DNA of 26,730 nt. It comes from an uncultured bacterium (lineage in GTDB: Bacteria > Verrucomicrobiota > Kiritimatiellia > RFP12 > UBA1067). The translations under genes were made by a program, and so were the position numbers. Below are positions 7,793-16,224 of this stretch, one piece after another. The stretch lies in contig CAMIVJ010000001.1 of the NCBI GenBank assembly GCA_946401765.1, positions 1 through 26,730 on the forward strand. Reading direction: 5' to 3'. Under the pieces are notes generated by a model. It was not told where the DNA came from, did not search any database, and saw only the letters and a list, made by a program, of their open reading frames with translations. Numbering within the stretch: position 1 is the first letter of the stretch; the number at the start of each line of letters is the position of its first letter.

Positions 7793-8891
7793 TTTCAATG
7801 CCGCGGCCAATCCGTTCGCGGAACGTCTCGACGATCTGGCGAAGGCGGTGCGCCGCCGCCGTCTAGACGCAATGCTCGTGTTCGGCGAGGCGAACATCCG
7901 CTCGCTCACCGGGCTCGTGTGCGACAACGGCTGCCTCGTGGTGCGTCCAGGCGCAGCGGACGCCACGGCGTTCATCACCGACTTCCGCTACGTGCCGATG
8001 GCCCACCGCGTTGCGCCGTGGCTGCGCACCGTGGAGCCGAAGAAGGGGCAGGGCCTCGCCGGAACGGCGGCCGATATTCTGAAGAAGGCAGGCGTGAAGG
8101 TGGCGCGCCTCGGCTTCGAGCGCGCGATCAGCGCGGGGCTGTATCTGAAGCTGCAGACGCTCTTCAGGGGCGCGAAGCTCGTCGAGGCAGAGGACGAGGT
8201 GCTGAACCTGCGCGCGGTGAAGACCGTGGACGAGATAACGCGCCTCGCCGCCGCAGAAGCTCTCAACGACGCCATCTGGCGCGACGCGCAGAAGGACTTC
8301 CGCGCCGGCATGACCGAGAAGGAGATGCAGCGCATCATTCGCGCCCACATGAACGCGCGCGGCGACGGCGAGGCGTTCGAGACGATCGTGTGCGTCGGCG
8401 CGAACGCGGCCGAGTGCCACCATGTGCCTGACGACACCGTGTGGCAGAAGGGCGAGCCTCTGCTCGTGGACATGGGCGTGAAGCTGGACGGCGTCTGCTC
8501 CGACATGACGCGCTGCATTCGTCCCTCGCGCTCATGCGCCGTTTCCGCGGAGTACGAGAAGATCTACTCGATAGTCCTCGAGGCGAACATGGCCGCCATC
8601 GCCGCCGCAAAGCCCGGCATGACCGGTAAGGCGCTCGACAAGGTGGCGCGCGACGTCATCCGCAAGGCCGGCTACGGGAAGGCGTTCGGCCACTCCCTCG
8701 GCCACGGCGTTGGCTACGAGATCCACGAGATGCCCACCGCAAGCTCGAAGGGCGAGACAGTGCTCAAGCCCGGAATGCTCGTGACGATCGAGCCCGGCAT
8801 CTACCTTGAGGGCAAGCTCGGCGTGCGCATCGAAGACCTTGTGCTGATCACCACCACCGGCTGCGAGGTGCTCTCGCACAGCCGCAAGTAG
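7773..8891 (+). CDS. Xaa-Pro aminopeptidase / M24B peptidase
   Basis: TTG start with AGGAGG SD; creatinase-like N-domain, LVDMG, SDMTR, GHSLGHGVGYEIHE, TIEPGIY, GVRIED metal ligands. Confidence 0.93.
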   Translation: MKEERSDFNAAANPFAERLDDLAKAVRRRRLDAMLVFGEANIRSLTGLVCDNGCLVVRPGAADATAFITDFRYVPMAHRVAPWLRTVEPKKGQGLAGTAADILKKAGVKVARLGFERAISAGLYLKLQTLFRGAKLVEAEDEVLNLRAVKTVDEITRLAAAEALNDAIWRDAQKDFRAGMTEKEMQRIIRAHMNARGDGEAFETIVCVGANAAECHHVPDDTVWQKGEPLLVDMGVKLDGVCSDMTRCIRPSRSCAVSAEYEKIYSIVLEANMAAIAAAKPGMTGKALDKVARDVIRKAGYGKAFGHSLGHGVGYEIHEMPTASSKGETVLKPGMLVTIEPGIYLEGKLGVRIEDLVLITTTGCEVLSHSRK

Positions 8892-8915
8892 AAAACCGAA
8901 GGAAGGAATGCAAAA

Positions 8916-9416
8916 ATGAAGAAGGCTACAATCGAAACGTCCATGGGCTCCATCACTCTCGAGCTTGACGACGCGAAGGCTCCTGTCACAGTGGCGAACT
9001 TCCTCGACTACGCGAAGGCGGGCCACTACGACGGCACGATCTTCCACCGCGTGATCGACGGCTTCATGATCCAGGGCGGCGGCTTCACGAAGGCGATGGA
9101 CCAGAAGCCCACAAAGGCGCCCATCAAGAACGAGGCGGCGAACGGGCTCCTCAACAAGCGCGGCACGATCGCCATGGCCCGCACGATGGTGGTGGACTCC
9201 GCGACGAGCCAGTTCTTCATCAACCTCGTGGACAACGACTTCCTCAACTTCCGCGCCCCCACGCCGCAGTTCTTCGGCTACGCCGTCTTCGGCAAGGTGA
9301 CGGACGGCATGGACGTTGTCGACAAGATCGCCAAGGTGAAGACCGGCAACTCTGGAATGCACCAGAACGTGCCCGAGGAGCCCGTGGTCATCAAGAAGGT
9401 GCACGTGCTTCCCTGA
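8916..9416 (+). CDS. ppiB: Cyclophilin-type peptidyl-prolyl cis-trans isomerase (cytoplasmic, PpiB-like)
   Basis: [48 protein letters not shown]; no signal peptide. Confidence 0.93.
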   Translation: MKKATIETSMGSITLELDDAKAPVTVANFLDYAKAGHYDGTIFHRVIDGFMIQGGGFTKAMDQKPTKAPIKNEAANGLLNKRGTIAMARTMVVDSATSQFFINLVDNDFLNFRAPTPQFFGYAVFGKVTDGMDVVDKIAKVKTGNSGMHQNVPEEPVVIKKVHVLP

Positions 9417-9420
9417 CCCC

Positions 9421-10542
9421 ATGCAGAAGAGGATATTTCTTTCTCCGCCCTGGACGGGAGCCGCTGAGCGCGAGGCCGTTGACGCCGCGTTCCGCTCGGG
9501 CTACATCGCGCCGTGCGGTCCGCAGGTGGACGCCTTCGACGCGGCGTTGGGCGAGCTCTCTGGCCAGCACGCCGCCGCTGTGGCTTCAGGTACCGCTGCG
9601 CTCGATCTGCTGATGGCCGAGTTCGGCGTAGGCCCGGATACGACGGTCATATCATCAACTCTCACGTTCCTCGCCACAGTTGGCCCAGCCGTGCATCGCG
9701 GCGCGAAGGTCGTGTTCGTGGATTCCGACGCCACAACCGGCACCATCTCGATTTCTCTTCTCGAAAAGGCCCTCAAGGCGGTGGCGCGGCCGCACGCGCG
9801 CACGCTTGTGATCGCGGCCGACATCTATGGCCAGTGCTGCGACTACGACGCCATTGAATCTCTCTGCGCCGAATATGGCGCGACGCTTGTGGTGGACGCG
9901 GCGGAAAGCGTGGGCGCCACGTACAAGGGGCGCGCGGCGGGGTTTGCCGGCGCGGCGGCGGTTTATTCGTTCAACGGAAACAAGATCATCACCACCTCTG
10001 GCGGCGGCGCTGTGCTTTCGCGCGACGCGGAGATCGTGGCGCGCGCCCGCTGGCGGGCGCAGCAGTCGCGCGAGAGCGTTCCGTGGTACGAACACCGCGA
10101 GGTGGGATACAACTACAGGATGAGCAATCTGCTTGGCGCGCTTGGGTGCGCGCAGCTTGAGAGGCTCCCGGAGATCGTGAAGCGCAAGAGAAGGATATTC
10201 GACTTCTACCAGGCGCTTTTCTGCGGCGACAAGCGTCCGGGCCATCAGGTCTCGCCGTATCCGTGCGGCGACTTCACCAAGTCCACGCGCTGGCTCAGCG
10301 TTTTTCTATTTCCGTCGCCAGCGGAGCGCGATGCGGTGGCGGAGAGGCTTGCCGCGGCCGACATCGAGACGAGGCCCGTGTGGAAGCCGATGCATCTTCA
10401 GCCCGTCTTTCGCAAGTGCCGCAGGTTCGGCGGGAAGGTGGCGGAGGATTTCTTCCGGCGCGGGCTCTGCCTGCCCTCCGGCGCGGGCATGGGGCCCGCG
10501 CAGCTCAGGCGCATTTCATCTGCTGTCCGCGGCGAGGCATGA
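9421..10542 (+). CDS. DegT/DnrJ/EryC1/StrS PLP aminotransferase (PglE/EpsN-like)
   Basis: IFLSPP, SGTAALDL, STLTFLATV, VDAAESVG, SFNGNKIITTSGGG (PLP Lys), GYNYRMSN, RPVWKPMHLQP, GLCLPSG. Confidence 0.92.
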   Translation: MQKRIFLSPPWTGAAEREAVDAAFRSGYIAPCGPQVDAFDAALGELSGQHAAAVASGTAALDLLMAEFGVGPDTTVISSTLTFLATVGPAVHRGAKVVFVDSDATTGTISISLLEKALKAVARPHARTLVIAADIYGQCCDYDAIESLCAEYGATLVVDAAESVGATYKGRAAGFAGAAAVYSFNGNKIITTSGGGAVLSRDAEIVARARWRAQQSRESVPWYEHREVGYNYRMSNLLGALGCAQLERLPEIVKRKRRIFDFYQALFCGDKRPGHQVSPYPCGDFTKSTRWLSVFLFPSPAERDAVAERLAAADIETRPVWKPMHLQPVFRKCRRFGGKVAEDFFRRGLCLPSGAGMGPAQLRRISSAVRGEA

Positions 10543-11114
10543 AGAGGTTGTTCGACATTGTCCTTGTGCTGATGGCAGCGCCTGCGTGGGCGCCGCTTGC
10601 GCTTCTGGTGGCGCTCGCGGTGCGGGTGAAGCTTGGCGCGCCGGTGCTGTTCCGCCAGGAGCGCGCGGGGAAGGGCGGAAGGCCTTTCACGATGGTGAAG
10701 TTCCGCACGATGCGCGAGGGCGAGGGAACGGACGCCGAACGGTTGACGCGGTTCGGGAGGTTCCTGCGCGCGTCGTCGCTGGACGAGCTTCCTGAGCTGC
10801 TGCTGGTGTTGAAGGGCACGATGTCGCTTGTGGGGCCGCGTCCTCTCCCCGTTCGCTACCTTCCGCGCTACACGCCAGAGCAGATGCGCCGCCACGAGGT
10901 GTGCCCCGGCATAACGGGTTGGGCGCAGGTAAACGGACGCAACATGCTCTCGTGGGAGGACAAGTTCGCGCACGACGTGTGGTACGTGGACCACCGCTCG
11001 CTCGCGCTCGACTTCAAGATTCTGGTGCTCACCGTCCTGGCCGTCTTTCGAGCGTCGGGCATTTCCGCCGCCGGCGAGGCAACGATGGGCGAATTCAAGG
11101 GAGGCAACCAATGA
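10539..11114 (+). CDS. Small monotopic phosphoglycosyl transferase (PglC/EpsL-like, 191 aa)
   Basis: MKRLFD, KFRTM, SLDELP catalytic dyad, MSLVGPRP, PGITGWAQVNGRN, DVWYVD; ATGA overlap with the upstream stop. Confidence 0.93.
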   Translation: MKRLFDIVLVLMAAPAWAPLALLVALAVRVKLGAPVLFRQERAGKGGRPFTMVKFRTMREGEGTDAERLTRFGRFLRASSLDELPELLLVLKGTMSLVGPRPLPVRYLPRYTPEQMRRHEVCPGITGWAQVNGRNMLSWEDKFAHDVWYVDHRSLALDFKILVLTVLAVFRASGISAAGEATMGEFKGGNQ

Positions 11115-11740
11115 CACACGACATCATCATCGTCGGCGCGGGCGGCTTTGGCCGCGAGGCCGCCTGGACGCTCGAGCGCATCAACGAGGTGACGCCCACG
11201 TGGCGCATCATCGGCTTTGCGGACGACGACCCCGCCCTTGCCTCCGGCTCAATCGAGGGATACCCGCTTCTTGGCACTCCAGAGAAGGCGTCGTGCGACT
11301 ATCCCGGCGCCGCGGTTTTCGTGGCGGTGGGCGACAATGCCACGCGCGAGAAGGTGTATCGCCGCCTTCGCGGGCACGACTTCCCCGTGGTGATCGATCC
11401 TTCCGCCGAGGTGGCGCCCACCGTGGAGATGCGCCATGGCACGTTCGTGGGTCCGCGCGCCGTCATTTCCGTCGGCGCCGAACTGGGCAAGTTCGTGATC
11501 GTGAACGCGCGCGCCGGAGTGGGACACGACTCGAAGCTCGGCGACTTCTCCCAGGTTTGTCCTGGCGCTACGCTCTCTGGCCACACCATTGTCGGCGAAC
11601 ACGCGTATCTCGCCTCCAACGCCTGCACGGTGCCGGGCGTAAAGATCGGCGCGCGCGCGAAGATAGCCGCTGGCCTGCCCGTCTATGCGAACGTCGGCGA
11701 GGGTGAAACGCTCTCTCCATTCGGCGTCTTCCGCAGCTGA
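11111..11740 (+). CDS. Sugar acetyltransferase, NeuD/PglD-like hexapeptide-repeat protein (209 aa)
   Basis: IIIVGAGGFGREA, GFADD, VAVGDNATR, left-handed beta-helix repeats, GHD catalytic His; ATGA overlap with the pglC-like stop. Confidence 0.9.
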   Translation: MTHDIIIVGAGGFGREAAWTLERINEVTPTWRIIGFADDDPALASGSIEGYPLLGTPEKASCDYPGAAVFVAVGDNATREKVYRRLRGHDFPVVIDPSAEVAPTVEMRHGTFVGPRAVISVGAELGKFVIVNARAGVGHDSKLGDFSQVCPGATLSGHTIVGEHAYLASNACTVPGVKIGARAKIAAGLPVYANVGEGETLSPFGVFRS

Positions 11741-11809
11741 CCAATGGGGGCCTCGAAGCGTCCGCGCCTGCATTTCATTGCGCCGATTGCACATGCAACC
11801 AGTTTCCGC

Positions 11810-11838
11810 TTGAAATAGCGCCCGTTTTTTGATAAAAT
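11810..11838 (+). promoter_or_regulatory. Sigma70-type promoter for hisG
   Basis: TTGAAA (11810-11815) -N17- TAAAAT (11833-11838) with TG extension. Confidence 0.75.
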
Positions 11839-11869
11839 ATCGCTTTCAACCAACGGAGAAAAAGGAAGA

Positions 11870-12739
11870 ATGGCAATAGTTCTCGGTCTGCCGAAGGGCA
11901 GCCTTCAGGAATCTACCTTCGCGCTCTTCAAGCGCGCGGGCTTCAATGTGTCGTGTTCGTCGCGCTCGTACTATCCCACGATAGACGACGCCGAGATCAC
12001 ATGCCGTCTGCTGCGCCCGCAGGAGATGAGCCGCTACGTGGAGCTTGGGCTGCTTGACGCTGGCATCTGCGGCTGGGACTGGGTGTACGAGAACGGCTCG
12101 GACGTCGAGGACGTGTGCGAGCTCAGCTACTCCAAGGCCACCTCCAATCCCGTTCGCTGGGTGCTGGCCGTTCCGAACGACTCCAAGATCAAGAGCGTGA
12201 AGGATCTCCAGGGCAAGCGCATCTCCACCGAGGCGCTCGGCATCGTGAAGCGCTATCTGAAGAAGAACGGCGTGAAGGCCGACGTCGAGTTCAGCTGGGG
12301 CGCCACCGAGGTGAAGGCTCCCGAGCTCGTGGACGCCATCGTGGACCTCACCGAGACCGGCAGTTCGCTGCGCGCGAACAACCTTCGCATCGTCGATACG
12401 ATCCTCACTTCCACCACGCGGCTGATCGCCAACAAGAAGGCGTGGAAGAACAAGGCCAAGCGCGCCAAGATCGAACAGCTCAAGATGCTGCTTCTCGCGG
12501 CCCTCGAGGCCCAGAAGCGCGTGCTCGTGAAGCTCAACGCGCCCGCTAAGAAGCTCGACAAGATCGTTGCGGCCCTGCCCGCGCTGCACGCGCCCACGGT
12601 GAACAAGCTCAACGACGCCGACTGGTTCGCGGTGGAGAGCGTGGTGGAGGAGCGCCAGGTGCGCGACCTCGTGCCCGTGCTGAAGGCCGCCGGTGCAACC
12701 GGCATAATCGAGCTGCCGCTCAACAAGATCATTTTCTAG
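11870..12739 (+). CDS. hisG: ATP phosphoribosyltransferase, long form
   Basis: [47 protein letters not shown]-terminal regulatory domain with PTV and GATGI. Confidence 0.96.
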   Translation: MAIVLGLPKGSLQESTFALFKRAGFNVSCSSRSYYPTIDDAEITCRLLRPQEMSRYVELGLLDAGICGWDWVYENGSDVEDVCELSYSKATSNPVRWVLAVPNDSKIKSVKDLQGKRISTEALGIVKRYLKKNGVKADVEFSWGATEVKAPELVDAIVDLTETGSSLRANNLRIVDTILTSTTRLIANKKAWKNKAKRAKIEQLKMLLLAALEAQKRVLVKLNAPAKKLDKIVAALPALHAPTVNKLNDADWFAVESVVEERQVRDLVPVLKAAGATGIIELPLNKIIF

Positions 12740-12796
12740 TTCAAAGTTCACGGTTCGAAGTTCAAGGCATGATCCGAGAACTGAGAACTCAAATCT
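12738..12796. repeat. Heptamer arrays in inverted arrangement
   Basis: AGTTCAA AGTTCAC GGTTCGA AGTTCAA (12738-12765), then GAGAACT GAGAACT CAAATCT (12776-12796); GAGAACT is the reverse complement of AGTTCTC. Confidence 0.75.
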
Positions 12797-12812
12797 CAAA
12801 AGGAGGTCCAAG

Positions 12813-12902
12813 ATGGGTTCCATCAAGAAAAAGCGCCGGAAAAAAATGTCGAAGCATAAATACGACAAGCGCATGAAGGCGCAGCGTCACAAGAACAAGT
12901 AG
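12813..12902 (+). CDS. 29-aa basic peptide, AURKAIP1/COX24 (DUF1713) family, ribosomal protein bS22/mS38-like
   Basis: Hand translation MGSIKKKRRKKMSKHKYDKRMKAQRHKNK*; AGGAGG SD at 12801-12806; matches the MGS.KKRRK.M.K.K pattern of bS22; below the ORF-track cutoff. Confidence 0.88.
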   Translation: MGSIKKKRRKKMSKHKYDKRMKAQRHKNK

Positions 12903-12948
12903 TCCCGTCTGATGAACCTTATGTGTGCGGCGTTCGTTAAAGTAAAAG

Positions 12949-15144
12949 ATGACAGCCGTACACACTAGATTTTCGTTGTGCCTTGCCGCCTTGATGGCGG
13001 GGACTCTCTTCGCTGGCGCTCAGGATCCCACAGTGCCGTCCGAGCGCATGGCGGAGAGCCTTAAGGCACGAGCCGCCGCCACTAGCGCGCTGCGCCTAAA
13101 GGCGCTGGTGGTGGGCGCTTCAGCAGATGGCGTGGCCTTGATCGGCACTTCCGCCCTTGGAGTCACACCCGTGCGAAGGGGCACGCAGTTCGCGGAGAGC
13201 GTGGACGGCGTGAGCGTGACGATGAAGGTGCGCGCGATTGGAGTGGACGGCGTGGAGATAGAGACGTCTCGCGCTTCCGCTCCGCTTTTTTTGCCCGGAT
13301 CCTTCCAGAGCGTGGCCGCCCCCACGAACCAGCCAGCAGAGTTCGTGCGCTACGTCGAGGCCACCGAAGTGCCTCTCGAGCAGCTTCTGCGCCTTCTTGC
13401 GGACCAGACGGGCGTGAACATCTCCGCGAGCGAGCGAGCCGCCAAGAACCGCCTAGTCTCCATTTTTCTCCGCAATGTCACCGTGGCCACGGCCGTGGAG
13501 GAGCTTTGCCGCGCGACGGGACTCTGGTTCCAGCGCGAGAAGGGCTCTAACGTGATCCGCGTCACCACGATGGAGGAGTATGCCGAGAACCTCAGCTCCT
13601 TCCGCGAGGAGAAGACAGAGACGTTCACGCTTCTCTACCCCAACGTCGTGGAGGCCGCAGGCGTCATCTATGGCCTCTATCCCGACCGCACGCTCCTCTC
13701 GCTCGGAGAGGAGGAGGTTGACGAAGACGCCGAGAACGACCTCTCGCGCCGATTCCGCCGCTTCCAGATGATCTCCGACAACGGCGGATCCTCTTTCCTC
13801 AAGATGGAGCCGCCCGACGCGAATACCGCCGCAGGAGGACGCTCTGGCACTGGCACCTTCTCCTACAGCCGCGGCTCGGGCGCGCAGAACCGCCGCAGCC
13901 AGTGGGACTGGCTTCGCTCCGCCTCGCGCCTCTCCGGCCTAACCCCCGCCGAGGCGAAGCGCGTGGAGACCGCCTTCCGCCAGGGCGACACAAACCTCTT
14001 CGAGACGGTGTACGGCCGCAACACGGCGCAGGCCGCAAACATCTTCGTCACCGTGAGCCGGCGCAACAACCTGCTGATCGTCCGCTCGAGCGACGCCGCG
14101 GCGATGGACGCGATACGCGAGCTCGTGAAGCGAATCGACGTGCCCACCCCCATGGTGCTTCTCGAGATGAAGGTGCTTGAGTTTGACGTGGACGACGCCT
14201 ACAACGCCACGTTCCAGTACTCCTTCAACACGCACGGCACGCACAAATGGGGCAGCCACGCAGGGCGTGACAGCCTCGAGCGCGGCACGTCCTCGGACGA
14301 CGGCGACGGCACGTCCTCGGCGCTTACGCGCATAAGTCCGCTTCAGGGGCTCTTCTCGCCCGCAGCGCTAAACCCCGTATCGGAAAGCACGCTCGCATTC
14401 GCCGTTCTAAGCGACACGCTCAACGCCCAGCTCCAGCTGATGGCGCAGGACGGCAAGGTGCGCACGCTCGCGACGCCCGCCGTCCTAACCGCCAACAACG
14501 AGGTGTCGCGCATATTCAGCGGCGCCGAGTATCCCATCGTTAAGGGCGTCACGGCCGGCGAAACCACCACCACCGAGGCTGGATTCGTCACGCACGACGC
14601 CACCGTGCAGCTCGAGTGGGTGGACGTGGGCACGATGCTGCTCGTGACGCCCAGCATAAATGCGGACAAGACGGTGACACTGCACGTGGTGCAGGAGAAC
14701 TCCGAGATTCCGGCCGAGAAGGTGCGCGTGCCGCTCGACGGCGGCAAGATGAACGAGACAACTCCCATCGACATCGTTGAGTCGCGCTCTCTTGCCGGCA
14801 CCTTCGTGGCGAAGGACGGCATGACGGTGATGGCCGGCGGTCTCATCAAGGAGACGTGGAAGGAGGTCTATACCCGCACGCCCGTTCTCGGCTCGATTCC
14901 GCTCGTCGGGTTCCTATTCCGCGGCACCGAGAAGCAGAAGAAGCGCACGGAGCTTATCGTGCTCATAAAGCCGCACGTGATCTCCACGCCGATGGAGGGC
15001 GGACGCATCAGCCGCGAGCTGATGGAGGCGCTCTCGGCCCACCCGGCGGCTGATGGAAGGCCGAACATGGGAATCCACTTCGGAAACAATCCCACCAACA
15101 ACGTGCCTCGCGCCGTGCAGGACGTGAAGCGCATGGTGCAGTGA
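12949..15144 (+). CDS. Secretin (GspD/PilQ superfamily) with an extra N-terminal beta domain
   Basis: Signal peptide; N0-like VPLEQLLRLLADQTGVNI; split N3 (TFTLLY...RNNLLIVRS...IRELVKRIDVP); secretin core VLLEMKVLE, LATPAVLTANN, DVGTMLLVTPSI, GGLIKE, PVLGSIPLVGFLFR, RTELIVLIKPHVI. Confidence 0.93.
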   Translation: MTAVHTRFSLCLAALMAGTLFAGAQDPTVPSERMAESLKARAAATSALRLKALVVGASADGVALIGTSALGVTPVRRGTQFAESVDGVSVTMKVRAIGVDGVEIETSRASAPLFLPGSFQSVAAPTNQPAEFVRYVEATEVPLEQLLRLLADQTGVNISASERAAKNRLVSIFLRNVTVATAVEELCRATGLWFQREKGSNVIRVTTMEEYAENLSSFREEKTETFTLLYPNVVEAAGVIYGLYPDRTLLSLGEEEVDEDAENDLSRRFRRFQMISDNGGSSFLKMEPPDANTAAGGRSGTGTFSYSRGSGAQNRRSQWDWLRSASRLSGLTPAEAKRVETAFRQGDTNLFETVYGRNTAQAANIFVTVSRRNNLLIVRSSDAAAMDAIRELVKRIDVPTPMVLLEMKVLEFDVDDAYNATFQYSFNTHGTHKWGSHAGRDSLERGTSSDDGDGTSSALTRISPLQGLFSPAALNPVSESTLAFAVLSDTLNAQLQLMAQDGKVRTLATPAVLTANNEVSRIFSGAEYPIVKGVTAGETTTTEAGFVTHDATVQLEWVDVGTMLLVTPSINADKTVTLHVVQENSEIPAEKVRVPLDGGKMNETTPIDIVESRSLAGTFVAKDGMTVMAGGLIKETWKEVYTRTPVLGSIPLVGFLFRGTEKQKKRTELIVLIKPHVISTPMEGGRISRELMEALSAHPAADGRPNMGIHFGNNPTNNVPRAVQDVKRMVQ

Positions 15145-15187
15145 GGCTGAGCGGATGAAGAACTGCACTGAAAGGGAAGGCTGCGGA

Positions 15188-16168
15188 ATGAAGGCAAGAA
15201 AAGGCTTCACGCTCATAGAGCTCGTGATGGTGATAGCGCTGATAGCGATAGTCTCCACGCTCGCCGTGGGGAGAATAGGCGACATGCGCCGCACCGCCGC
15301 GCGCAAGGTGTCCATAGCCAACCAGCAGGCGGTGGCGCGCGCGGTGGAGACGTTCATTTCGCTGCACGACGGCAGGCTGGACAGGCTCGACTGGCTGATG
15401 GACGCGGAGACGCCGCTTTCGGTGCGTTCGGCAGACGACGGCTTCGACTACGCGCGCACGAACAAGACTGCCGGCACGGAAGGGTATCTCTACATGGGGC
15501 CTTGCAGGGCGTCCGGCATGAACTGGCCGTTCCCCGACACGGTTACGGAATCCAATTCCGGCCTCGCGCCTGAGCTGCGCGCGCTCCTTGTGCCTTATTC
15601 GCTCAACCAGGCCGAGGTGCAGGCGCTGAACAACTTTGGCCTGAAGTTCGTCATGGGCCACACCGTGTGGGCAGACAAGGCCCCGCGCGCCGCATACCGC
15701 GAGCGCGGAGAGGATGGCGCGTATCTGCCCGACGACGCCGCGGTGGGACTCGACCCCGAGCGTTCTGCATGCGTGCCGGCCATGGTCACGAACGGGCTAG
15801 TGGTGGCGGCAGTCTCGCCCGTCATAAACGCCGGGCGCGACGTGTACCGCGACTTCGGTCAGGCGCTGCTGCATACGGAGAAGGAGGATTCCGCATACAC
15901 GGCGGCAGGCGCGCTCGCCGAGCTGAAGGCTACAGGAGGAGTGCTGCTCGCGTTTGGCCTCGGTTCGGAGGCGTCCATCGTGGGCGTTGCGCAGGGCGGG
16001 CTCGACTCAGCCCCTTACGCTGAATATCCTCTGCGCAGATACTACCGCCAGTACATCCTGCTCGTGCGCGTGAACCGCTGGCGCGGCGGCGTTCCCACGG
16101 CCGAGTTCGCGGGCGTCTTGGATCCATGCGGAAACACCATCCGCACCGCCCGCATCCAGGCGAAGTGA
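15188..16168 (+). CDS. Prepilin-type N-terminal cleavage/methylation protein (326 aa; ATG 15188 preferred)
   Basis: Class III signal MKARKG/FTLIELVMVIALIAIVSTLAV with G-1, F+1, E+5; GGGAAGG SD; directly downstream of the secretin. Confidence 0.88.
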   Translation: MKARKGFTLIELVMVIALIAIVSTLAVGRIGDMRRTAARKVSIANQQAVARAVETFISLHDGRLDRLDWLMDAETPLSVRSADDGFDYARTNKTAGTEGYLYMGPCRASGMNWPFPDTVTESNSGLAPELRALLVPYSLNQAEVQALNNFGLKFVMGHTVWADKAPRAAYRERGEDGAYLPDDAAVGLDPERSACVPAMVTNGLVVAAVSPVINAGRDVYRDFGQALLHTEKEDSAYTAAGALAELKATGGVLLAFGLGSEASIVGVAQGGLDSAPYAEYPLRRYYRQYILLVRVNRWRGGVPTAEFAGVLDPCGNTIRTARIQAK

Positions 16169-16192
16169 AGTTGCTTATTTGCTTTCCTTCCC

Positions 16193-16224
16193 TCCGAAAC
16201 TCCGAAGCCTCGAAACTTGCAAAC
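16193..16224. repeat. Degenerate octamer tandem, 4 units
   Basis: TCCGAAAC TCCGAAGC CTCGAAAC TTGCAAAC; the last unit overlaps the -35 box of the next promoter. Confidence 0.6.

Noticed and set aside
11741-11869. His attenuator or riboswitch upstream of hisG
   Set aside because: No His-rich leader ORF, no terminator/antiterminator pair, and the promoter leaves only about 25 nt of leader.
12910-12948. Promoter for the secretin (TAAAGT at 12938-12943)
   Set aside because: Weak -10 with no -35 or TG extension; cannot be distinguished from chance.
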